This document shows, piece by piece, positions 53,500 through 64,000 of a DNA stretch of 64,000 nucleotides; the first letter of the stretch is position 1, and each line of letters opens with the position of its first letter. Under the pieces are notes generated by a model. The model ran no database searches. It had not been told where the DNA came from and saw only the letters and a program-made list of their open reading frames with translations. The translations under genes were made by a program, and so were the position numbers. The stretch is from an uncultured Phycisphaerales bacterium (lineage in GTDB: Bacteria; Planctomycetota; Phycisphaerae; Tepidisphaerales; Tepidisphaeraceae), in the NCBI GenBank assembly GCA_963844715.1, contig CAWJPJ010000007.1:1088001-1152000 (forward strand). Reading direction: 5' to 3'.

Positions 53500-53937
53500 A
53501 TGGGGCGCACCGCCTCAAACGTTCGGGTGGGTATTTCCCTTCTGCTCATTTTGGGCCTGGGCGCCTTGTGGTACGCCAGTGGCCAAGTTCGGCATGTAGT
53601 TACACTTCATGGCGGAACTCACTACTTCCTGGTCGAAGAATTTAACGGCGCGGTCTACATTACCCGGACGCCGGAACGCGACTTCTCGATTGGACAATTC
53701 TTTGAATCTCCCGAGGGCAGCTTCGTTGGTGTGAAAACGACCTCAATTTACTGGCATGCGGTCACATTAGGCATTCCTTATTGGCTGGTTATGCTCGCGC
53801 TGTCCATTTTGCCGATTCGTAAAGCTTGGGGAATTATCGGCTCGTCTCCTCGCATGATCCGGCGCAGGATCGCGGTTCTGGCGCTGATGGTCCTCGTGTT
53901 CCTACTCTGCTCTCTTCTGACCCCGCACCTTAACTAA
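53500..53937 (+). CDS. Hypothetical membrane protein
   Basis: Three hydrophobic segments, 'IPYWLV'; composition differs from neighbouring genes. Confidence 0.55.
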   Translation: MGRTASNVRVGISLLLILGLGALWYASGQVRHVVTLHGGTHYFLVEEFNGAVYITRTPERDFSIGQFFESPEGSFVGVKTTSIYWHAVTLGIPYWLVMLALSILPIRKAWGIIGSSPRMIRRRIAVLALMVLVFLLCSLLTPHLN

Positions 53938-55171
53938 TCGCCTTGGGGCTTCGCCGCCGCCCCCAAATCAAACGCCTCATGCACGATCTGCAACGCCCGC
54001 GGCGCATCATCCTTGCTAATGATGCAACTGATCTTGATCTCGCTGGTCGTGATGTTCTGAATATTGATCTTCCCATCCGCCAGCGCCTTGAACATCCGCT
54101 GCGCCACGCCGGTATGCACGCGCATCCCCACGCCCACCACGCTCACTTTCGCCAGTCCATCCTGGTAAATCCCCGCCGTTTTCCCTCCCAACTCCTTGAT
54201 CAGCCTTTCCACCACCGGCTTGATGTCATGCAGATCCCCATGCTCCACGGTGAAGCTGATGCTCGCCGTATTGTCGTCCGAGACAGTCTGGATGATGTCG
54301 TCCACCACAATATTCGCCGCCGCGATATCCCCGAAAATCGTGGCCGCGATCCCCGGCCGGTCCGGCACGTTCTTCACCGTGACCCGGATCAGTTCCTTCT
54401 TCAAAGCCGCGCCCGATACGACGATGTGTTCCATGTGAGGGGTCTCCGCCACGATCCACGTCCCTTCGTTCTCGTTCTGGCTGTTCCGCACGTGGATCGG
54501 AACATTGTACTTCTTGGCAAACTCCACCGCCCGGGTCTGCAGCACCGACGCCCCCAGCCCCGATAGCTCCAGCATTTCATCGTAGCTGATCCGGTCGATT
54601 TTCCGCGCATTTTTCACGATCCGCGGATCGGCCGTGTAAATCCCATCGACATCCGTGTAATTCTCGCAAACGTCCGCCTTCAGCACTGCCCCCAGCGCCA
54701 CCAGCGTCGCGTTCGACCCCCCGCGCCCAGAGTCGTGTAATCCCCCTCCGGCGTAACCCCCTGGAAACCCGCCACAATGACAATCTTCCCTTGCGCAAGC
54801 TGGTCGAAAATCCGCTGCTTATTGATCGATTGAATCCGCGCCTTGGAAAAAGCTCCGTCCGTGACCAGCCCGATCTGCCCCCCGGTAAAGCTGATCGCCT
54901 CATGCCCCTGCGAAACGATCGCCATCGCCATCAGCGCGATGGTCACCTGTTCCCCCGTCGCCAAAAGCTGATCCATCTCCCGCTTAGGCGGGTTCTCGCA
55001 AACCGCCTTCGCCAGCGCCACCAGATCATCTGTCGTGTCCCCCATCGCCGAGACCACAACGCAAACCTGGTTCCCCGCCGACTTGGCCGCGATAGCCCGC
55101 GCCGCCGCGCGATGGATCTTCTCCGCATTCGCGACGCTGCTGCCGCCAAATTTCTGAACGATCAAGCCCAT
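53934..55171 (-). CDS. lysC: Aspartate kinase (frameshift near 54720)
   Basis: 'IVQKFGGSSV', 'VVVSAMG', 'VAGFQG', 'YTDVDGIYTADPR', two ACT domains, 'TTSEIKIS'. Confidence 0.95.
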
Positions 55172-55206
55172 AACCCTATTTCAATAACCTCCGCCCGAGG
55201 CGGGAA

Positions 55207-56391
55207 TTATAGAGAGCTTGCGTCAAGACTCAACGTGGCAGGCTGGGTAAGCGGCGTCCCGCATTCCGGGCACCGATCGCTCTTGTTCATCAGCAGCGAG
55301 TAATCACACTTCGGACACCGAGGCAGACGCAATTGCATCTCAATCTGAAGCCCGCAATCAGCGCAGACGACGTGCACCGCCGAGTCGTGCCGCCGGACCG
55401 TCTGCTTCTTCTGGCACGCCGGACAGACGAAGGTGATCTCCTTCAACTCCAATATTTCCCGTACCGGAATGGTTCGCCGATTAAACGCATCCAGCAATCC
55501 GATCGCAATAGTCCCGCATCCCGCGCAAACAGACGCAGCGATGCTCACGCGCATCGGAAAATCGTCGCGGACCGCCGCAATCGCGATGTAGTCATATAAA
55601 CCGCCGGAAATCCACGCGGTCAATACCGTGATCCAGCGGACCCAAAGTTGATTGGATTTAAGAGGCAGCAGAAACATGACGTTCGTGTAGCCGAACAGGG
55701 CCGCCGCCGTCGCGGCGATGATGAGCGTGTTAGACGGTAAATTTGCCTCGCTCCAAATATCCCCCAGCGCAAAGACAAACGCGACCAGCGCCGCGCCGAC
55801 CCCGGCCCAGCGCCAGTGATGTCGATTCACTCCAGCCCCGGCCAAGCATGCCGCCAGAATGAACGCCAGAAATAAGCACACCAGGCCCGTTAGCCAAAGA
55901 TGGTCGACCGTGTATGGCGCCGGCTGCGGCACCCATATTGCCACAAGATAAAAGAAGTAGCTTGCGGCGCAGAAGATCAGTCCGGCCCAACCGGACAGGA
56001 GGCCCCCCGCGCGGCGGCCCATGTGGAAGAACCCGCACGCCGGTCCAAACGCCACCGGGAAAAGAAGCGCGCTCCATCCAAGATCGTCGGCGTCGTTCGC
56101 GAGCGAGAGCGGATTCCAGATGTACAACAATGTCAAAATGTATTGGATGATGACAATCGAGAGGCAAAACAGACCCGTTGGCCGGTTCTTATCCGAATCC
56201 AGCAGCCGCGCCGCCCAGAACAATAGCGCCGACGCGACCGCCGTCGCGACCGCCGTTCCGATCATCCGCTCCGGTTCGAACTGATGTGGAATGAGAACCG
56301 CCAGAACCGCCAGCGCCCCCGAAGCCGCCAGCGCACCCAGCATCAGCCGCAACATCACCTGCCGAAGCTTCACCGGATCGGCCAGCAGCAT
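55207..56391 (-). CDS. Membrane protein with C-terminal zinc ribbons
   Basis: About 10 TM helices, then CPAC, CADC, CPKC and CPEC. Confidence 0.75.
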   Translation of the reverse strand: MLLADPVKLRQVMLRLMLGALAASGALAVLAVLIPHQFEPERMIGTAVATAVASALLFWAARLLDSDKNRPTGLFCLSIVIIQYILTLLYIWNPLSLANDADDLGWSALLFPVAFGPACGFFHMGRRAGGLLSGWAGLIFCAASYFFYLVAIWVPQPAPYTVDHLWLTGLVCLFLAFILAACLAGAGVNRHHWRWAGVGAALVAFVFALGDIWSEANLPSNTLIIAATAAALFGYTNVMFLLPLKSNQLWVRWITVLTAWISGGLYDYIAIAAVRDDFPMRVSIAASVCAGCGTIAIGLLDAFNRRTIPVREILELKEITFVCPACQKKQTVRRHDSAVHVVCADCGLQIEMQLRLPRCPKCDYSLLMNKSDRCPECGTPLTQPATLSLDASSL

Positions 56392-56394
56392 GCC

Positions 56395-57211
56395 CTACAA
56401 GCTAGCCACCGCTAAACCATCGGTCAAACGCCCGAGGCAATCTGCACCGCCGTAACCTGCACCACCTGAAACGCGCATCCCCGCCGTATGCATCAGCTTC
56501 AGCAGCGATCGCATCGCCTCCAATTCCTCCTTCGACTCAAACCCGCGCTTGGGAATCATCAGATAAGACCCCGCCCCCGTATAAATCAAAAACAAATTCT
56601 TCGTCTCCTCCCACTTCTCGAATCCATGCCAAACCGACTCCGTCTTCCCAAACGCATCCGTCAGCGAAATCCCCGACGCCGTAATCTCCGCCGTCTTAGC
56701 CCGCGCACAGCGCCGGCTGAGTCTCCCACTGCCGCCGCAGTTGCGTCACGCGATTCACAATCGAAATCGCCATGATCGCCACCATCATGAACAGCCACGT
56801 CGAGTGGGGGAGCAAAATCGCCCAGGTAATCGGCTGCCCCCCGCGCCGATGCAACTGAAGCCCGCTGCGAAAATACCAAATCTGAAAACAAAGCGCGATC
56901 AAAACCAATATCGATATAAACACGCGCCAGGTAGGCCGAGGCAGCGCGGACGGCCACAGCACCGCGATCGCCCCCAGAAAAATTCCCACCAGCATGATCG
57001 CCGCCGACGGCACCAGCAGATGAATCCAGATCGTCACCGCGTCCGCCCCCGTAAAACTCCAAAGCCACCGCGCCAGCAAATAATAAACCACAAACGCCGC
57101 GATGAACCCAATCGACTGCCAAGTCCTATTGATGCGCTGCCGCCGCTCCGCGGTAATAACCCCCGCCGCCTCCCGAAAATCCTCGTAGCTGTTCTGATAA
57201 TGGATGATCAT
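56395..57211 (-). CDS. YcxB-like membrane protein (frameshifted)
   Basis: N-terminal TM segments; C-terminus 'WHGFEKWEETKNLFLIY...YLMIPKRGF'. Confidence 0.65.
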
Positions 57212-57324
57212 CGACTCAACATGATCATCGGCCAAAAACCCCCTCAACTTCCGCCGCCACAATCGAATTCCTTGCGCACTTTCTCCGGTGCCCGCTCGCC
57301 GAAGTGGGGGGGCACCGGCCTATT

Positions 57325-57460
57325 CCGCTTTTGGGGTCCCGGACGGCTTGAGGGGAAGGAAAGAGGGTGGAGGGGTGCGGGGAGGCGGGAGAAAAACTTG
57401 GGGCCGTATGGTTTTTTCCCGCCTCCCTGCATTGCATTCGCATTAAAAGCGAGCGTCGAA
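57325..57460. repeat. Dispersed hairpin repeat family R1, copy C
   Basis: Stem TGCGGGGAGGCGGGA / TCCCGCCTCCCTGCA plus conserved flanks. Confidence 0.85.
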
Positions 57461-57535
57461 TCGCACTCGAATGTCGAAAAAATTGCGGGCGGCCATCTAT
57501 TCCCGAAGGGGATGAGGGTCTCTCGTTCGATCGTC

Positions 57536-58727
57536 TCATCTCCCCGCCCCGCGCAAGAAAAATTCCATCAACTCATACCCCCTCTCCAACCTCGCTCCCC
57601 CCTCCGCATTCTTCTCCGAATAAGTCAGCGGCCGATCATTCCGCACTCCTGTCCCCGCCATCGCAAACGGCGTCGGCGCATACCCATGCTTCCGCGTCCC
57701 AATATTCGTCGGATGGTCCGGCAGTACCAAAATCCGCCACTCAGGAAACGTCTTCAATTTCTCCAGCACCGGCCCCACGATATGCCGATCGATCTCCTCG
57801 ATCGCCGCCACCTTCGTCTTCCAATCCGCCTGATGGCTCGCCTCATCCGGCGCTTCGATATGGCTGAACACCAGATCGTATTTATCCAGCATCCGCGCCG
57901 TCTCCGCTCCCTGCCCCGCGTAATTCGTATCGTGAAAACTCGTCATCCCCGCCACTTCATGCACGTCCCACCCCAGCAGCACCGCCAATCCGCGCAGCAA
58001 ATCCACTCCGGTGATCATGCAACCACTCTCAATCCCAAACCGCTCCTTAAACTTCGGCAGATTCGGCGCCCGCCCCTGTCCCCACAGCCAAACCTGCGAC
58101 GCCGGATTCCGCCCAACGCGCCGCCGCGTCACCGCGTGATTCGCAAACAATTTCCGCGACGACTCCATAATCAAGTTCAATATTTCGCTCCCCTCCCCGC
58201 GCGGCACATACTTCTCAATCCTCTCCTCGGGAATCTCATGCGGCGGCTTCGTCGTCACCTCAAACCGCCGATTCCCCCTGGAAACCAATAAATTCCGATA
58301 GCTCACCCCCGTGAAAAATTCAAACGCCGGCAAATGCAAATGCTCCGCCAGATCATGGATCAATTCCTTCGCATCCGCGTCGCTGATTCCCCCAGCCGAG
58401 TGATCCTTCATCACCCCGTCGATGACGGTCACCAGATTGCACCGAAACACCCAATCGGTAGCCGCCAGCGGAATCCGCTGCGCCGCCGCCTCCAGCGGTG
58501 CCCGCCCGGTATGATAAACCTTCGGGTCGTACCCCAGCAGACTCATCGTCGCCACGTCGCTCCCGCTCTCAAACCCCTCCGGCACCGTCCGCGCCAATCC
58601 CTGCCTCCCCGTTCAGCGCAATCCGATCCATATTCGGCGTCCCCGCCGCCTCAATCGGCGTCCGCCCCCCAAGCTCCGCCAAAGGCTCATCCGCCGCCCC
58701 GTCCGGAATAATGATCGCGTATTTCAT
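57536..58727 (-). CDS. apgM: Cofactor-independent phosphoglycerate mutase family (ApgM) / proposed homoserine kinase (frameshift near 58610)
   Basis: 'MKYAIIIPDGAADEP', 'SGSDVATMSLLGYDP', 'TGRAPLEAAA', 'HIEAPDEASH', 'PDHPT'. Confidence 0.88.
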
Positions 58728-58884
58728 GATCGATCCGGACTCCGCCAAAATCCACGCGCCGCATCCTTCACCCTCTCCTTGTGCTCAAGAGGAAGGTAGG
58801 ACGGGAGGGCGTCGCTTGTCCCGCGCCTTCTATTTCCCTCTCCCTGTACTCAGGGGGAGGGCAGGGAGGGGGTTCCCCGATTCT

Positions 58885-60202
58885 CTATCCCCCCGCAAAT
58901 TCCTTCGGCGCATCCACAATCCGCAAACAAGCCGTAGGCGGCTGAATCGACGGCAGCCGATCAATCTCCGCCAGCGCCGCCTGCACCGATCCCTCCCGAG
59001 CCTGATGCGTCGTAATCACCACCGGCACCTGATGCCCGTCATTCGCCTCATGCTGCAAAATCGCCGACAAACTGATCTTCTTCTCCCCCAATATTTTCGT
59101 CACCTGCGCCAAAACCCCCGGCTCGTCCTTCGCCAGCAACCTCAAATAATACCGGCTCACCAGTTCCTGATGCGGCAGCACCTCCGCCGGTTTCACCTGA
59201 TCCGGAAAAACCCGCAGATGATTGAACGCCGTCGGAATCACCCCCAGCGCTACGTTGATCACGTCCGCCACCACCGCGCCCGCCGTTGGCATCTGCCCCG
59301 CCCCGCGCCCGTAAAAAAGCGTGTGCCCGATGGCATGCCCCCACAAACTCACCGCGTTGAAACTCCCGCTCACATCCGCCAGCACATCATCCTTATGCAC
59401 CAGCGACGGATGCACCCGCAGCGAAATCTTCTCCCCGTGCCTCTGCCCGATCGCCAGCAGCTTGATCACATACCCCAGCTCCTGCGCAAACTTGATGTCC
59501 GCTTCTTGAAGCTTGTCGATCCCCTCCGTATGAATATCCGCCTCGGCTATCCGTACGTTAAACGCCAATCCCGCCAATATCGCCAGCTTCTGCGCCGCGT
59601 CCCGCCCCGAAACATCCATCACCGGATTCGCTTCCGCAAACCCCGCCTTCTGCGCCTCCGCCAGCGCAGTGCTCATACGTCCATCCATGGCTCTTCATCC
59701 GCGTCAAAATAAAATTGCACGTCCCATTCACGATTCCCAACAGCGCGTCGATCCGATTCGCGACCAATCCGTGCAATATCGCGTTGATGATCGGTATTCC
59801 GCCAGCGCAACTCGCCTCAAACCCAATGCAGGAATTATTCTTTCGCGCCAGCGCAAACAATTCCGGCCCGCGCGCCGCCAGCAAACTCTTATTCGCCGTC
59901 ACCACCGGCTTCCCCAGCCCCAGCGCCTTGGCCACGAATTTCCCCGCGGTCTCCACGCCCCCGATGAGTTCGATGACAATCTGCGTCCGCGGGTCGTCGA
60001 TCGCCTTGTCCGCATCGGCATGGATCGGAATTTGCACCCCCGGCCGGGCCCGCGCCGTGTCCTTATCCACCACATGCACCAGATCGAGCGAAAGCCCCGT
60101 CCGCTCCCGGATTAGATCGCGCTGCTCATGAAGAATGCGCGCAACGCCCGTACCGATCGCGCCGCAGCCCAAAAGGGAAATTCCAACCGTCCGTTCACTC
60201 AT
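58885..60202 (-). CDS. hom: Homoserine dehydrogenase with ACT domain (frameshift near 59690)
   Basis: 'LLGCGAIGTG', 'VVTANK', 'FEASCAGGIP', 'GIVNGTCNFIL', 'GRDAAQKLAILA', 'GRGAG'. Confidence 0.95.
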
Positions 60203-60299
60203 ATGGGGATTCCGTCACCGCTGAATCTAAGTCGCTGGTAGGGGGGAATCAAGGACACGATCCCTCCGGTCTTCGATAAGCGATTAATTAAGATTTAGG

Positions 60300-60694
60300 T
60301 CGGTTACGACACCCGTGCCGAAGAGACGCGTTGGCTCGAACACGAAAAACCATTGCCGGTTCGACGGCACCCGGCCGGCCCGATCACAGGGGCAAAACCC
60401 TTCGCGGAAGGCAGCCCAAGATTCGCCGCCGTCGTCGCTTCTCCGGCCTTCGCGCCGAGCGTGCGGATGGCGCACCATCAGGCCAGGTCGGACAAGCGGG
60501 GCTGTGAAGGACGGTTGAGGTCGGCCGCGAAGGCCGAAATTCCTTTTACATCTGCCGCCGCAGGCCGCGACTCCCCGAGCATCCTCGCGCGAAGGCTCAT
60601 CCGTCACCCATCAGGCCAGCCAACCGCCCCCGAATCGGCAGCGCCTCCTCACATACGAGCCCACGCATCTCCTTGCCACGAAAGTCATAACCGA
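60300..60694. ncRNA. Candidate long structured ncRNA (rod with symmetric bubble, 6S-like architecture)
   Basis: At least seven nested complementary segments spanning the intergenic region (listed in findings); no convincing CDS. Confidence 0.5.
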
Positions 60695-60783
60695 TTATCA
60701 CGCCTTGAATTTCGACCATCGGCCTCAGCATTTCCCTGTAGGTTTGACGTCCCCTCCCCCCACCCTTACGATCCAACCGCGAT

Positions 60784-61533
60784 ATGTTCGCCATCGTCAG
60801 CGATATTCACGGAAATCTCGAAGCCTTTACGACGGTCTTAGCCGAGATCGACCGCCGTGGCATCCAGAACATCATCTGTCTCGGCGACGTCGTCGGGTAC
60901 GGCCCCAATCCCATGGAATGTCTCGATCTCGTCGCCGCCCGTTGCCGTGCCTCCCTCATGGGCAATCATGACTTTGCGGTTTTTTACGAGCCCTACAACT
61001 TCAATCAGGGCGCCGAGCAGGCCTGCTACTGGACCCGCCAATGCTTCGAGGACGACACCGACGTCGCCCGCCGCGCCAACCGCTGGAAATTCCTCGGCAA
61101 TCTCCCCGTCCGCCTCAAAACCAGCGATTTCCTCGCCGTCCACGCCTCGCCCCGCAGGCCTATCAACGAATACATTTTCCCCGACGACATCTACACCAAC
61201 CCGGGGAAATTCGTCAGCATCTTCGAACGCTTCGACCGCCTCTGCTTCGTCGGACACACCCACGTCCCCGGCGTCTTCCTCGAAGGACCCGACTTTTACA
61301 GCCCCGACGAACTCGACTACAAGTTCGAACTCACCGATGAAAAAGCCATCGTCAACGTCGGTTCCGTCGGCCAGCCCCGCGATCGCGACCCCCGCACCAG
61401 CTTCGTCGTCGTCGCCGATACCTATGTCGAATTCGTACGACTGGTCTACGACGTCGAAAAAACCGTCAAAAAAGTGGAAGCCATTGATGCCCTCGACAAT
61501 TTTCTGGGGACGCGACTCATCGATGGCAGATAG
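60784..61533 (+). CDS. Calcineurin-like metallophosphoesterase
   Basis: 'SDIHGN', 'GDVVGYGP', 'GNHD', 'GHTH', 'GSVGQPRD'. Confidence 0.92.
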   Translation: MFAIVSDIHGNLEAFTTVLAEIDRRGIQNIICLGDVVGYGPNPMECLDLVAARCRASLMGNHDFAVFYEPYNFNQGAEQACYWTRQCFEDDTDVARRANRWKFLGNLPVRLKTSDFLAVHASPRRPINEYIFPDDIYTNPGKFVSIFERFDRLCFVGHTHVPGVFLEGPDFYSPDELDYKFELTDEKAIVNVGSVGQPRDRDPRTSFVVVADTYVEFVRLVYDVEKTVKKVEAIDALDNFLGTRLIDGR

Positions 61534-61557
61534 CCCCACCCATAGCGAGATCTTCTG

Positions 61558-63616
61558 ATGGACAAAAAGAGCTATATCGCAATGGGGGCGCTGTTCCTCG
61601 CCGTGATGGGGTACTACTTCTACGTCGAAACCGTCGTACGCAAGAACCATCCCGAATACGACTGGAACAACCAGAACTCCCAACTAAACCAGCCGCAGTC
61701 CGTCAGCAGCGCCGGCCAGGCGACCACCCAGACCGAGCCCGCGCTCGGATTAACCACCGCACCGGCAACCTCCTCCTCCGCGGCCGTCGTCGCCGGCGGC
61801 TCACCAACGCCCCCCGTCTGGATCGGTTCGAAAAAGGATAACGATCCCGATTACGCCGTCGGCTTGCAGATCGCCCCCGACGGCGCCGCCCTCAACTCAG
61901 CCATCCTCAACGAATTCAAATCCGCCGATGAGAAGGGTCTCTACACCTTCCAGGAGCCGTACGACTCCGATTGGAACTCCCTCGCCACGCGCGAAATCTC
62001 CTTCAATGGCGCCGACGTCAACGTCGCGGGCTCCGCCTGGAAACTTGAATCCTCCACCGCCTCTTCCGCCGTGTACGGTCTCGATATTTTTTCCCCCGCC
62101 GGCAAACCCCTGGCCCACGTCACCAAATCCTGGCAAGTCGAGGATAGAGGCCCCAAGAAAATCGCGACAACACCGCCGCCGGTTACGAAGTCGATCTCAA
62201 TTACTCCGTCACCAATCTCGCCCCCAATTCCGCGACCGCCAAAATCTCCTTCAACGGGCCCACCATGCCTCCGCGCGAGGCCGAGCGCCAGGACGACCGC
62301 CAGATCGTCACCGGCTACGACAAGGGCAACCAAAACATCGACCTCGTCCGCTACGCCGCCACCGATTTCAAACCCGAAACCCCCTCCAAAGATCTCTCCC
62401 GCAGCAGCAACGGCTATCGCATGCTCTGGAGCGGCGTCACCAGCCTCTATTTCAGCGCCATCGTCCAGCCCCAGAACGAAGGCCAGGTCGACACCGAAAC
62501 CGCCGCTGCCCAAAACCCCCAGGACGCCCCCGAGGATCGCCGCATCGCCCTCACTTTCCAGACCCAGGACCTCAAGCTCGCCCCCGGCACAACCGTCGAT
62601 GTCCCCCTGAAAATATTCCTCGCCCCCAAGAGCCGCTCCATGCTCGAGGGAGATTATTACTCCCAGTTTCCCGCGCGAATATAGCCAGCTCCTCAACACC
62701 ACGTCCGGCATGTGCGGCATTTGCGCCTTCTCCTGGCTCATCGACTTCCTCGTCTCGTTCCTCACCTGGCTCCACTGGTTCTGGCATGACTGGGGACTGG
62801 CGATCATCACCCTCGTCTTCCTCGTCCGTCTCATTCTGCACCCCATCACCAAGCACTCCATGGTCTCGACCATGAAGATGCAGAAGATGGGCCCCGAACT
62901 CGAACGCCTCAAAAAGAAATTCGGCGACGACAAGGACGGCTTCTCCAAGGCCCAGGTCCAGCTCTACAAGGAAATGGGCTTCACCCCCGTCCTCGGCTGT
63001 CTCCCCATGTTCCTCCAGATGCCCATCTGGATCGCCCTCTATTCCGCCCTGCAAACCGAAATCGAACTCCGCCAGGCCCGCTTCCTCTGGGGACTCACCT
63101 GGATTCACGACCTCGCCCGCCCCGACCGCCTCATCACCTGGGACGCCCACCCCTTCACCTTGCCCCTGCTGGGACACATCACTTCCCTCAACGTCCTGCC
63201 CATCCTCATGGGCTTCGGCTATTTCTTTCAACAAAAATACACCCCCAAGCCTCCAGCCTTGACCCCAGAGCAGGCCTCCCAGCAAAAAATGATGCAGTAC
63301 ATGACCCTCCTCTTCCCCCTCTTTCTCTACAACGCCCCCAGCGGCCTGAACCTCTACATCCTCACCAGCGGCCTGGTCGGTATCATCGAAAACAAACGCA
63401 TCCGCGACCACATCAAGCAGGCGCGAAGAAGCGGAAAAAGAAGGCAAAGTCTTTGTGGAAACCCGCGCCACCCGCCAGGGCAAACAGCAGAAAAAGGGAG
63501 ACGGACAAAACAAGGACATGAAAAAAGTGAACTTCCTGGCCAGATGGTGGGCCGAATTGCAGCAACGAGCCGAGTCCGTCCGCAAAGAAGCCGACCGCCG
63601 AAATCGAAAAAATTAG
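61558..63616 (+). CDS. yidC: Membrane protein insertase YidC (several frameshifts)
   Basis: 'WGLAIITLVFLVR', 'GCLPMFLQMPIWIALY', 'WIHDLARPD', 'PSGLNLYI'. Confidence 0.95.
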
Positions 63617-63617
63617 A

Positions 63618-63699
63618 ACCGCGGATTTCGCGGATGGGCGCGGATAAAAATCACATTTCTCTTTTTGCCCTTATCCATGTAATCCGCGAAATCCGTGGT
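63618..63699. repeat. Inverted-repeat element of CGCGGAT units
   Basis: ACCGCGGATTTCGCGGAT..GGATAA / TTATCC..ATCCGCGAAATCCGTGGT. Confidence 0.75.
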
Positions 63700-63725
63700 C
63701 TAACTTCATTACAAAGGTCGTAGCG

Positions 63726-64000
63726 GTGAATCTCGACGACACCATCATCGCGATCTCCTCCGCGGTCGGATCATCAGCAAGAATCATCCTCCGCACCAGC
63801 GGCCCCCACACAGATAGGATCCTCGAAAGTCTCGGTTGTCCCGCGACGCCCGTCCCCTGCGAGCGCAATAAAATCCACCTAAAAAATATCAGCTTCCCCG
63901 CCTCGATCTGGAAATTCTCCGCCCCCCACAGCTATACCGGCCAGGACATGGCCGAGTTCCATATCCCCGGCAATCCCCTCCTCGCCCGGCTGCTCATGGA
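63726..64000 (+). CDS. mnmE: tRNA modification GTPase MnmE/TrmE (5' part only)
   Basis: 'DDTIIAISS...IILRTSG...PHSYTGQDMAEFHIPG'; follows yidC. Confidence 0.85.
   Translation, partial: MNLDDTIIAISSAVGSSARIILRTSGPHTDRILESLGCPATPVPCERNKIHLKNISFPASIWKFSAPHSYTGQDMAEFHIPGNPLLARLLM

Noticed and set aside
53136..57539. Similar short ORFs ('YGPKSFSRPPAP' / 'YGPKFFSRLPAP') as a peptide family
   Set aside because: They are translations of the R1 repeat, with no consistent start or stop between copies.
1060..59712. Many long antisense or alternate-frame ORFs (e.g. 2495..3862, 56741..58291, 58498..59712)
   Set aside because: Arg/Pro-rich shadow frames of GC-rich real genes, without recognisable motifs.
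60384..60450. c-di-GMP-I riboswitch or SRP RNA (CACAGGGGCAAAACC..., GGAAGGCAGC)
   Set aside because: Only a short resemblance; the downstream conserved elements (GACGCAAA; CAGG..GGAAG..AGCAG helix) are missing.

Overview
GC-rich bacterial chromosome window. The organism is probably a Planctomycetota/Phycisphaerae member (inferred from a PEP-CTERM protein, an L34 variant and a planctomycete-type integrase N-terminus). It is mostly housekeeping genes: mgtE, recG, pcm, rpmH, rnc, pyrE, htpX, dacB, lpdA, iscS, thyX, xerC, lysC, hom, yidC and mnmE. Many genes, including essential ones, carry 1-bp indels, most likely uncorrected long-read errors, so split-gene boundaries are approximate. Accessory content: (i) a DUF5131 + TcmP pair between rnc and pyrE; (ii) a decayed integration hotspot at tRNA-Arg(CCG) with three downstream copies of the tRNA 3' half, repeated arm-like motifs, an integrase stub, a RavA fragment and a DUF4160/DUF2442 pair bracketed by two att-like copies; (iii) three IS5-family elements; (iv) several families of palindromic or MITE-like intergenic repeats; (v) a ~395-nt rod-shaped candidate ncRNA with a symmetric central bubble between hom and a metallophosphoesterase gene. 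No CRISPR array or rRNA was seen.
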